The notes below the pieces were generated by a model. That model ran no database searches, was not told where the DNA came from, and worked only from the letters and a program-made list of their open reading frames with translations. A DNA stretch of 64,000 nt, taken from the NCBI RefSeq assembly GCF_018977255.1, contig NW_024704742.1, positions 35,094,001 to 35,158,000 of the forward strand, given 5' to 3'. This stretch comes from Callorhinchus milii (Eukaryota). Below are positions 35,471 through 46,549 of the stretch, piece after piece. Numbering within the stretch: the stretch's first letter is position 1; every line of letters begins with the position of its first letter. Both the position numbers and the translations under genes were made by a program.

Positions 35471-36139
35471 AACCTAGTGGGATCTCTCCTCAGAGCTCAG
35501 CTAAGTTAACACTTACCTTCCAGACCAACCAGAACAACCAGTTGCAACCGAGACACTTGTAAGCCGGTGCAGGGTACAATATGATTATTTCAGAAAAGAT
35601 TTGGAGAATGCTTGGCATGCAGGAGTGTGATATAAGGAGCCTGAAGGCTGTTATTGATCAAAAGCAACAGGAGAGAAAATTGTGTTTATTTGAGATAACA
35701 ATTTCTGTAGTTTATTTCTCATTAAGCAACCTAAAATAACACAAACCAAAGAGATTATCAAATCAAGATAAGGCTGGAGGTCAAGCAAATTACTGAATCA
35801 GCAATGCCTTAAGACTAAGAGATGCAGTGTGGTCTGCATTAAGTGCCAAAGGTTAGTTATCCATCGTGCAGATGAGATTAAATGAGTTGAAGGGTGCTTC
35901 TTCATCTGAGCTTCTCTTGTGATTTTTCTGCAACTGATTCAAGACTTGCAGATACCAGATGCAGTTTTATCTGCATTAAGTACCAAAGATCATTTGCCTG
36001 CCACACTTGGTTATATACCAATGAGAATGTATAAAGGGGTTTACTGTGCTCTGGATTAAAATTTGTTGTTGTGTACTAAGTGTTATTCTGGTAGTTTATG
36101 CGCATTTTCCTCTGTGCACCAAAAAAATCAAGAAAAAAA

Positions 36140-36322
36140 GAAATAATAATTTGGTCACTCAATCCACGACTGTTTGTGGGACACTGCTGTGTGCAATTGG
36201 CTGCCGTGTTTCGCCCACAAATGTACAGTCAATTCACCTTACAGTATATTCTGTGAAGTGCTTTGAGATGTCCAGAAGACGGGAAAAAGCACTATATCAA
36301 ATACAAGGATTATTATTTATTA
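36140..36322 (+). mobile_element. SINE family B 3' half
   Basis: Matches 62105-62279. Confidence 0.8.
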
Positions 36323-36573
36323 TTGAATATAATTTAAAAAACGATAGCTACAAACATTGAGAAGGTGTTGAGAATAAAGGTTCCAAAGAAATGCCTTGCA
36401 AATTGGATAAGTTTATAAGCTGTTTTTGATAATTTAGTGAATCTTGAGAATAGGAGCAAGCAAGTTGTTGTTGTTGTACTGAAAGCTAAAACCTGGTACA
36501 GTAACAGGCAGATGAACATACAACCCTTTTCACTACGGTACAGCTGTTGCAATTGAAAATCAGTGTAGGAAAA

Positions 36574-36723
36574 ATGAAATTATAATGGAAAAAGCAACAA
36601 GTGATAAACCAGCAAAATGGGCTTCTCATAACTACAGTAAACAACCAGTTTGTAGTGCACAGGGAATAAAATAGCTGATGGTTTACAAATGTAATTTTGT
36701 TGTTGTTGTTAAAATATAAGTGT
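36574..36723 (+). repeat. Left arm of ~145-bp inverted duplication (partner 37859-38001)
   Basis: Near-exact reverse complement. Confidence 0.92.
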
Positions 36724-37369
36724 AGTTTCCCATCTGGTCCTACAGATGTGGAGGGGCTGAATTTTGATAAAAACTAACCTAATCTGTCAGATGATACCGG
36801 AATGTCTGATCCTGAAACAAGTTCAGTAATTTTGAAAAGGGAACCTGTCTTTGAACTTTTCATTGTAAATAAGAAGTGAAAATTAGAGTATTGCAAAGGG
36901 TGACAAATGCTGGGGTGGGAACTTTTTTGGCAGAATTTGTACAGTCAAAACGAGATTTTGAAGAAAATTTTTTCTGGAAATGTAATTGGGCCCAAAGTCA
37001 AGTTCTGTGTGGAGAGGGAGGCTAGTCCTGAGAGCCTTCCTTGCTGGCCAGATAAGAGGTTGCAAATTCCTGCAATTTTAGGAAGTTCTGTATTCAGTCT
37101 TGACGGAAGGTAAGTCAATCACTTGGAGTTAGGGATACAAACCCATCATAACAAGCAACAATATAAGGCAAACTTGCACCAGGAGAGTTCACTAGAATTT
37201 GTAAGTTAGAAAGAAAGAAGGAGACACAAGAAAAATAAATTGGCTTATTTCCAGCTTGTAAAACGAAACTCACCTTCGGCAGAAGAGGGGCAGGTGTGAA
37301 CAAGACTAGCACAGCAGAACAGAGGTCAGACCAGTTGTTTGGTGCCGTTTGGAATGTATTAGGATAATG

Positions 37370-37858
37370 AATCCTGCTCTACCTCTGCTGACTTTTCCTC
37401 CTTTATTTCCTCCCGCAATCTCTCCCTCCACATCCACTTCGCCACACACGTCCGCGGTCATACCCTGGTGACCTGGTGATCACTTGGGGCCTCACCGTCT
37501 CAGACCTCACCATCTTCGACAAAGTGATCTCGGACCATCACTTCATCTCCGTTAACTTCTCAATCCCTCTCCCCGCTGCCACCCAACCCACCTCCATCTC
37601 CTACCACCCCGGAAAACAATCTCGCCCCACTTCCCTCTCAGCTGCCTTGGAATCATCTGAACTCCTTCCCCTCTGGACTTCCACCCGCACCTATCCTCCT
37701 CGGTCACTCTTCTCTGCAGCTCCCTCTCCTCCACTCTCGATTCCCTTGCTTCCCTCTCCGGACCATCTCCTATTCACGTAAGTCACCATGGTACACCAGT
37801 CACCTCCGCTCCCTTAAAGCACAGGTGCATGCTGCTGAGCGCACCTGGCTTAAATCAA
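37370..37858 (+). mobile_element. L2 ORF2 5' part (end of APE endonuclease and linker)
   Basis: TH..GHTL.(D)LVIT...SDHHFI motif; C/T-rich L2 composition. Confidence 0.75.
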
Positions 37859-38001
37859 ACACGTATACTTTAACAACAACAAAATTACATTTGTAAGCCA
37901 TCAGCTATTTTATTCCCTGTGCACTACAAACTGGTTGTTTACCGTGTTATGAGAAGCCCATTTTGCTGGTTTATTACTTGTTGCTTTTTCTATAATTTCA
38001 T
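37859..38001 (-). repeat. Right arm of the inverted duplication, inside an L2
   Basis: Reverse complement of 36574-36723. Confidence 0.92.
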
Positions 38002-38752
38002 ACGGATGACACCCAACTCTATCTCTCTGCCTCCACCCTTGACTCCAGGACCACTGCTGTCCTGACTGAATGTTTGTCGGACATCAATTCCTGGATGAGA
38101 GCGAACTTTCTTCAGTTGAACGTCAATGAGACCGAAGCTCTCCTGATTGGTTCCCGTCAGCACCTCCTCACCTCAGGCGCTGACAGCATCTCCATCCATG
38201 GTCGCACACTCCACCTTACTAAGCCAGTCCGGAACCTTGGGGTCTTGTTTGACCCTCAACTATCCTTTCTACCCCACATCTGCGCCGTGACCCGCTCTGT
38301 CTTCCCCCACCTCCACAACATCACCCGGCTCCGCCACTGTCTCACACTGCAGGCCTCCAAAACCCTCATCCATGCTTTCATTACATCGAGGCTCGACTAT
38401 GCAGATTATGTGACCTCCTAATCCCCTACCATCCTGCTCGCTCACTCCGCTTAGCGGGCTCCAGCCTGCTTCACGTCCCCTGCCTCACTCGCCCCACTAT
38501 TGGCGGGCAGGCGTTCTGCCACTCTGCCCCCACCCTCTGGTTCTCCATCCCATAGTCCCTCACCTCACCCCCTCCCTTGCCACCTTCTTCGACTGTGCTT
38601 TCAATTTCGCTGCTTCCCACCCTGCCTTCCACCCTCTGCCTCCCGAACCCTGACCCCCAGCTTGGGTCCGAAACTCTGTCTGTCCAGCGCCTTGGGACAT
38701 CCTCCTGACGTGAAAGGCTCTATACAAATGTAATTTTATTGTTGTTGTTGTC
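38002..38752 (+). mobile_element. L2 ORF2 3' part and tail
   Basis: DDTQLY...WMRANFLQLNVNETE...SRLDY; 3' tail at ~38750. Confidence 0.9.
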
Positions 38753-40059
38753 GTAGTGCAGAATACTGGATGAACTTAATAAGATCAAAGTTAAACTGGT
38801 GACCCAGGAACTGGCACTCCAGTGGTGCACTCCGCAGGATGAAAGTGCAATGTATGTTGAGCCGCAACCATTGTAACAAAGTGGGGAGTGGGTTAGCTGG
38901 GTGATAACACCAGACACCAACAAAGTTTTGCTTTAATTGTCATGGATAATAATTACCACATTCAGAAATTTTCACTCCTGTACACGCAGCTATGTTATTC
39001 TCTATACCTTGGGTGGTGCTCCTGGCACAAGCTAAAATTACGTACTACATTACAGGAGTGAAACAAACTATTCAGCCCAACTAGTAGTCCTTGCCAGTGT
39101 TTATACTCCACACAGAGATGTCTTGAGAGGTTCAAACACAGGTTACTGTCCATCTAGTGAAAGTCAGCTTTCTGATGACAAATTTGGGACCAGTTTAGTT
39201 TGGTGGAGATAAGAGCGTCTTGAGCTGGCTCCAAGGTAACATGCTTGACAACAGGAGAACAGAGCTGACTCAATCCTCTCTGGTGGATTTGGTGATCAAA
39301 TACCTGAATTAGACAGGACTGGATCATGTTGATAATAGTACAACCTTCCTACAAATGGGTCTTAAAGGCCCTTAAGCACTTTGAGAAACCGTCCTGCGTG
39401 AAGGGCGCAAAACGTGCAAGTTGTTGTAGTCTTGAGGGAGTAAACATATTGCTGAGTGAATCTGCTATTACCTCCTATTTTTGCAAGTCAATGTCATCAT
39501 GAGTCAAGTGAGTGTCACACCAGACAGTGGGAAAACACACAATCACACTTGTAAATTGCACAACCTTAATTCGATATATTCCAGTAATTTCGCACACTCA
39601 CTTGGGTTGGGGGTAGAGGGAGGGCTCTTTTACTATGTTGGGTTCTACCAACCCAAACCTGTGTTCTTGGGATATAGGGGGGCAGGGTGGGTTCTGTCAG
39701 CAAGAGATTGAACACTCCACTAAAGTAAACAAACCCAAACTGTGGTTTTGTAAGTTCCTGGTTGCTGGGGGAGGGGAGAGGGAATTCCCCATGTGTCGCT
39801 AAAGTGAAAAACAGAATTACAGTAATGTACTTTACTTTAATCCTTACCCGTAATATTTATGGTGTTGCAGTTACTCAACAGGGTAAAATGCAAGTACACA
39901 ATTATTTTAAAAGTACTGGATGATGATGGAATCCCTCAGAATAAAATAAGTTGTCATGAACTGCAAAATAAGTGTCAGCTTTTAACGGCAGAATTTCAGC
40001 TGAGCTGAACAATAGTAATAAGAGACTGGCAAGAACAAAAGAGAATGGCAACAACCTCA

Positions 40060-40465
40060 ACCACTTGTATTTATATAGCGCGCTGCATGCAGGGCAGTGT
40101 CTTGGAGCGCATAAGGTTGGCGATGCCTAATGCCCAGCCTGTGAGAGGGAGGAGGTGATTATAAACGTGATTGAAGAGGAAGGTCTTCAGTTGTGATCTA
40201 AAAGAGGGGAAGAAGGGGGCAAGATGGAGAGATTGAGAGAGAGAGTTTCAAAGCTTTAAGGTGCAGTGGCTGAAAGTGCAGCTGCCGATGGGTGGAGTGA
40301 AAGGGATGAGGCACAAGCAGGAAGCCAGAGCTAGCCAAGTGAAGGCAGGAGGTAGTGGAGTGAATGAACAACAACTTGCACTTATATAGCGCCCGTCACG
40401 CAAGGTAGCGTCTCAGAACGCTTAGCAGGGAGGTCAGTAGGGAGGTGCCAGTGTGTGAAAGGATT
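40060..40465 (-). mobile_element. L2 3' fragment with a second L2 tail nested at ~40365-40425
   Basis: Two acttgca(t/c)ttatatagcg tails; L2 C-terminal sequence. Confidence 0.7.
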
Positions 40466-41639
40466 TGTAGACTTGTGGCACAAACAGAAGTAGAAAAGAA
40501 TCATGGTAACAGCATTCCAGCACTCCATGTAATCCAATCGGGAAGAACGTGTTCAATTATAATTTTAAAAATACTGGGTACATGAATTGATTCTTCCTTT
40601 ATCAGGGGGATCGGTGTATGTAGAGTGAGGACAATATTCAGTTATTTTATAGGAACTCAGTTGAAATGTTTGCCTACAAAGCACACAGTTACTAACCACA
40701 CCTTATAATATATCATGTGAAAAGCTTTATCCTCCCAATGTGAAAGATGTTATATCAAATGTAAGATTATTATTATTATGAATATTATTATTACTATAAA
40801 ACAAACACTATTCTGGTTCTGTCTTGATACCTTTTCTAGCCCCAATAATGGTTTCCTGTCATCCTGTCCTGGGTGAAAATAAAATTTCTACATTAGTTAA
40901 ACTGTTAGATTCCTCACTCAGCTCCTTCCTACTTGTACTTGGTAACAGCGACATTAGGTGCAGTGCTACTGGTGAATTAGTTAATACTGCCTACAGTGGA
41001 AAAGCTATTTGTAGCTTTCTTTGTAAATGAATCAAACATCCTCTTAAAATGTGTGGTAGAAGGCCAGGGTACATCTGCATCCGATATTTTGTAGTCAGAT
41101 ATTCTGTTATACACTTTCCATAAACACATTCAATGTTGAACAAGCATAAATGTTTTTATTAAATTTCTCCTAATTCTCCTCCTGACAATATGAGATTCAT
41201 GACAAGAAACACCTGCTTAAAGCAAAACAGATTAATTGGTCCCATAACAACCATTCACAATCAATTTCAGCCACACTGAAACAAAGTATTGCAAACGTAT
41301 TTGTTTTTTCACTCACAGGAAGGCACTGTGCAGCAGAAACATTTTTCAGATGTGATAAAGCAAGAGAAACAGCAGTCAGCTGCAGGATCTGCCAGTGAGG
41401 AGAAAGCAGTGGTAAAACTTGTGTGCGTTTATGACAAGCCTGGTTATGATGACTGACGAACAACAGGAAAAAACAAAACAGAAAACATGCATAAAGAAAA
41501 AAACAAGTGGCATGTTTCACTTGTTATTTAGGAAAACTACAAAAGGGGCCATGACAGATCAAGATTATTTTATTTTATAATATGAAAGTTCCGTTTTCTG
41601 AAGCCTAATGGCTCTCATTTCTTCAACCTTCCAGGCCTC

Positions 41640-42640
41640 CAACTCACTGACCCAGAGTACAACTGTGTTCGGTTCGACCCTCATCTCGCCTTCCTCCCTC
41701 ACATCTGGTCCCGCACCAAACTCCGTACCCCCATCACCCCTGTCCTTGCTGGGCTCCACTGGCTGCCTGTTGTAGAATAGATCAATTTCACGATCCTCAC
41801 ACTCACTTACAAATTACTACATGTCCCGGTGCCTCCCTTCTTCTCTGACCTGCTTACATCCCATTTCACTATCCGCTTCCTTCGCTTAGCTGGCCCTGGA
41901 CTCCTGCACATCCCTCATCCCCTCTGCTCCTCCATCGGTGGCAGTGCTTTCAGCCACCATGCTCCAAAACTATGGAACTCTGCTCTCAATCCTTCCACCT
42001 TTCCTTTCTGCAGTCACCTCCCCCCTCTCCATGGGTCGGGATCAAACTCTGCTGTTGTTAAGCGCTCCGAGACGCCATCCTGCTGTATAAATGCAACTTG
42101 TTGTTCTTGAGCAGAAACACATTCCTGCATCTTCAACACAATGCTGGCCTCCATCCCTACTTCACCCCTAATACTCATGAAACTCCCATTCACATCTTCG
42201 CACCTCCAGATTCAACATGATCCACAAGCTCCAGCTAATCTAATGCTTTTGGAAGTACCCTTATTTGAATGAAACTTTGCATTCCCATCCCCGCTGCCCT
42301 CGCTAGGATCTACTGACTCTCTGCAGATCAAGTTTAAGATCGCGCCTCTCTTTGTAATCGTATCCAGGTTCATTTTTCCTTTTGCCTCCTCTGCTCAGCA
42401 AACTCAGGCCTACTGCACATCCTAGCCCTCATCTTCAGACCCTTTCAGATCACGTCCTTTGGATCGCTCTCCATCTCCCACAGTCTTGCCGCCTCTCTAT
42501 CTACTTTTAAAAGCCCCTAAAAACCCACTTCTTTGACCATGTCTGTGGTTGTTTTTCTCGCTTATCACCCACCCCCAATCAGTGGTAGTCACTATCGCTG
42601 CAAAGCAGACATGTGATGGGTGCTATATAAATGAAAGTTT
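41640..42640 (+). mobile_element. Two tandem degenerate L2 3' fragments
   Basis: IGGSAFSHHAPKLWNS; tails at ~42105 and ~42635. Confidence 0.7.
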
Positions 42641-42649
42641 TTGTTTTTC

Positions 42650-42686
<37 letters not shown>

Positions 42687-42687
42687 G
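42650..42687. repeat. (TG)n(AG)n compound microsatellite
   Basis: Visible. Confidence 0.9.
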
Positions 42688-44625
42688 TCTCTGTCTGTGG
42701 AGGCCAGTTATAGATGAAATGTAATGTTTTTTCCATGCCCGGTTGCCACAATAAATCTTTAGTTTAGCTGCAGTTTAAGGAAAACAATTAATCTTAAGGG
42801 AAGTGGTGGGAAACCATTTCCAATGGATAATCTCACACAGTTCAGCTGGCACTGCCACTATTGTAGTGTAACTGCAGCTGGTGCAAAGTGAACTTTCTAA
42901 AATTCAAGAACAATGTTTAATAAGTTCTTAAGTAGACAGTCAGTTGGATTTTCTTTGCATCTTTAATGTGAGTGAAACCTCCACAAAGAAGTAGCTGGTA
43001 TCTAGACAATAGTTTCAGTTATGCTGCAAAAAATGTGCAAATATATTTGTTTTCGACTCACAGGAAGCACTGTGATAAGCACTTATCCAGGTGTGATAAG
43101 TCAAAGTAACATAATTTGCATACAAAATGCAGTCAGTACACTTTACAGAAATTGTGAAACATTTTGAAATGTTCTTGGACTTTATAGGCATTTGCAAGGA
43201 TTTATTTAATTGTTGAGCATTGCAAGTGCACAGTGCTCAAGTAGAACTAGTTAGTATATTATGAAGCTGTGCTGCCAACTCACTGTTGCAACTCCTTTTT
43301 ACTGTATTATAACTGAGCGAAATGTTATAACAACTCTGCATGTGGATTCTGACAGCCAGATTGTTTCAGCCATTCCAGTATCCTAACATAATAAGAAACT
43401 AATACATGTGCATGTGAGTGGTAAATTTTGTTCATTATAGGGTATGAAACATATAAGGGAGACTCAACTTGTAGTAAAGTACTCAGTGAGAGAGTATTTT
43501 ACACCAACAGGCTTCCCTATTCCTGAAACAAATGGTCTGTGTGGGACAGACGTGTTTTTCTATGGAACACAATGATCTAGTCTAATTTAGCTCCTTAATA
43601 TGGGGATACATCGTTTTTGTTAAGCTTTGCCTGTGTCTCTTTTCCCCAGCAGAAAGAGGTAAAGGCATTTCCCACACAAAGGCAAGTTAGGAAAAACATT
43701 CTGAGTTTTGAAGCTAACCCAACATTTCCACAGTAAACCATTATTAGTCAGCCTTTTGATCTAATACCTTTAGATCTAACAACAATGAAACCTGGGATAG
43801 GCATTACTGTATAAATATACAGAATAATGATTAACAATTTAGATGAGCAATTTTATTATATTTTAAATTGGTAATGTTTCTTGTAATTTACTATAAGAGA
43901 CAGGATTTTGCTAATCTTTACAGATGTTTTCTTCAAAGACAAACCCAAAAACTGAGCTAGACTAAAACTGACATGAAAATTACAAAAGCTGCAAAACTAA
44001 ACTAAATGTTGTTAAATTTTGCAATGCAAATTACTGTATTTTCCATTCATATCTGCCTTCAAATCCTGATGGATAAGTAATTTAAGGGGAGGAAAAAGAA
44101 TTAAATTTGAAAGAAGGAAATAAAAATGAGTAAAACCAAGATTGGTACTTCGAAATTTCTGGCATATAGGGACTGTATTCAGGGGATTTTACTGTCATAA
44201 ACAGAAAAGGGTTACTGATTTTGTAGTTTTGAACCAACTGTAACTTTGTAGCACACTTCAATGGGTTTCATGGCTAACACAATGTGGCAACTGTGAAAAA
44301 AATTCCCTTCACCAAATAAACAGTTTCTACAAAATTTGGCTCTTTGTCTTCACTGCATTTGCACTTTAGGGATTTTTTTCAGTCAGGTCAATGCAATTTA
44401 TTTCCTCAAAATTTGTACATTTTCAAAAAAAAAGAGTGTTTTTGGTTTCTGGGTAACTTTTGTTTAAAAGCTTCGTAACAGTTCTGGCTGTGATCAGTTT
44501 TCACAGTAATTAAGGCAGATTCAGCATTTATCACAAGGTGTGCTGGCTTCATTTTTAAATTTAATTGTGTTTTTTTTTTAAAAAAGTTGGTTTCAACAAA
44601 GTCCTCCCTTTGGCATTTAATGGCA

Positions 44626-45050
44626 TTAGGTGTCACCCTGGTTCAGTTGGCAGCACCTTTGCCTGTGAGTCAGAAGGTTATGGGTTCAAGCCCTTCATCA
44701 TGAATTCAAACTCACAATTTCGGCTGACACTGCGGTGGCGGAGGGAGCGCTGCGTTGTTGGATGAGACGTCAAACTGAGGTCCCCTCTGCCGGTTCGGGT
44801 GGAGGTTAAAAGATCCCGCAGCACTCTTCGAAAAGAGAAGGGGTTTTCTGGGCAACAATTCCCCCCCAAATAACATTGGCCGTGGCTGTTCTGGGAATGT
44901 TGGCTGTGGGAATGATCCGGGAACGTGTTGTTGGCTGCCGCGTTGACCCACAAAGTACACCGTCGCTCCACTCTTTTAACAGTTTTTTAAAAAAAAAAAA
45001 AAATCCCGCGAAGCGCTTTGGACGACGTTCCGGCGATGCGTTAAAGGCTG
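44626..45050 (+). mobile_element. DeuSINE family A copy, CpG-retaining, at the CpG-island edge
   Basis: Colinear with 7160-7600 but richer in CG. Confidence 0.8.
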
Positions 45051-46263
45051 TTCGTGGAACAGTGCCCGCGCCGCGTTCATCCACAAAACACTTTTGTTTC
45101 GTGGGTGAGCGCGGCAGCCGACTTGCGCACGGCAGCGTCCCACGGGTGTCTGACGCCCGCAAAAGCCCGTGGCCAGGCTCGAGAGTATCCAAACCAAACT
45201 GAAATTCGCACGTGCATCCCACCTACACGTGGAAATCCCGGAGACGGACTGCCGGGACGCGATGAACCCTCTCTCCCTGGAGGGGCGCATCCTGCTGGCC
45301 TTGGGGCTCAGGCCGGCAGGAGCCACGGCTCGGGGACCCCGGGGCCGCGCGTTTGGGGAAACTGCCGGGAGTCTTGACCAGCGAACGCCGCGGAGCCTGC
45401 CATTGATCTCGCTGCGCGTGCCAAGCTTTCCCGCTGCTGGTCCAGCGAGGACCACCCTCAGCCATCAGGGTTACCAGGAGCTGAGAGGGAGGGCTCCCTG
45501 TCTCCCCCCCCAGTGACTGGTCTGCCCTTCCAGGTCTTTACAGCCAATTTACAGGATGAAGCGCTTTGGGACCTCGTCCTGACAATGACAGGCGCTGTAC
45601 TCCAGACGTGAGGAATACAGTGATATTAAAGCGCGGGGATTAGCAGTTGAGCCGTCGCTGTGACCATCACTCAGACCCCCTCCTCGTGCCTCTTGTCACC
45701 GCTCTTCCGCTTCTCAACCGAACTTGACGGCGGAAGAGCCGCGGTACGCCCTCGCCGACGGATGGCGCGGCCAGCCAATCGCAAGGCGCGGCGCCCGAGG
45801 GCGGAGGCGGGACGTGGAGCCCAGCGGCCAATGAGGAGGGAGGAGGTGGAGTTCAAACAAGGTAGGTTGTGTCTGGCTTCGGAGGAGAACGGAACGAGCG
45901 TGAAAGAGACGGCCGCGCGGCCCGATCCGGCCTCGACCAAAACCCCCGGCCCGGCCCCGCCCTCACACAATACCACCACCCCCCCCCCACCCCTCAACCC
46001 CCCTCCTCGGCCCCGCCCCGAACTTCCCGCTCGCGCTGGTTCGAAGTTTAACGGAATGGAAGGTGGGGGAGGAATTTAGGGGCGTTTGAATTGGCTGTGG
46101 AACGGCGGGCGGTTGGGAGCGCAGGAGCCGCGCGACCAGAGACGGACTCCGTCCACACTGCACACACAGGAGGGGGAGAGGAGAGAGGAACGAGGGAGAG
46201 AGAGGGCTCCACACTCCCCAGAGAGCGGCAGTCACCACGCAGCCCAAAGTCCGAAACTCTCCC

Positions 46264-46304
46264 TGTGTGTGTGTGTGTGTGTGTGTGTTGTGTCTCTCTC
46301 TCTC
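46264..46304 (+). repeat. (TG)n(TC)n microsatellite just upstream of the BMP2K ATG (probable 5' UTR)
   Basis: Visible dinucleotide runs. Confidence 0.85.
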
Positions 46305-46323
46305 ACTCACTTTCGTTTGAACC

Positions 46324-46495
46324 ATGAAGAAATTCTCGCGGATCTCGAAGCCCGAGGGCGCGGGTTATATCGGTGCCGGGGGCGGCGGCGGCGGAGGAGG
46401 CGGCGGCGGCTCGATGGGAAGCGTCAGCAACTATGTGGGCAGAGTGTTCAGTGTGGGCCGCTACCAGGTGACTGTGGAGGAGCTGATCGCTGAAG
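46324..46495 (+). CDS. BMP2K: BMP-2-inducible kinase (NAK family), coding exon 1; later exons lie beyond the window
   Basis: accATG; MKKFSRISKPEGAGYIGAG(n)SMGSVSNYVGRVFSVGRYQVTVEELIAEG resembles human BMP2K MKKFSR...RVFAVGRHQVTLEESLAEG. Phase-1 donor gtacga at 46496; lies in a CpG island; syntenic with ANXA3. Confidence 0.92.
46378..46410 (+). repeat. Coding (GGC/GGA)n tract, 11 Gly, in BMP2K exon 1
   Basis: ggg ggc ggc ggc ggc gga gga ggc ggc ggc ggc. Confidence 0.9.
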
Positions 46496-46549
46496 GTACG
46501 AGAGGAGCAGCTGGTGTGTGCAGTGTGTGTGCAGTGTGTGTGTGTGTGT

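Larger units (their letters stand above)
44700..46500. promoter_or_regulatory. CpG island / BMP2K promoter
   Basis: Abrupt rise in GC and CpG. CCAAT boxes at 45775 and 45828, reverse CCAAT (ATTGG) at 46090, GC boxes near 45800 and 45955-46020, CGGAAG ETS site at 45731, TTCCCGC E2F-like site at 46024. Confidence 0.88.

Noticed and set aside
41440..41465. C/D snoRNA (ATGATGA...CTGA)
   Set aside because: Boxes are adjacent with no guide region or terminal stem; intergenic location.
44806..46493. Overlapping 100-160 aa ORFs on both strands
   Set aside because: By-product of high GC in the CpG island; low-complexity translations with no recognisable domain.
46324..46495. AAK1 instead of BMP2K
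   Set aside because: YVGRVF is AAK1-like, but the MKKFSR start (AAK1 has MKKFFD) and adjacency to ANXA3 favour BMP2K.
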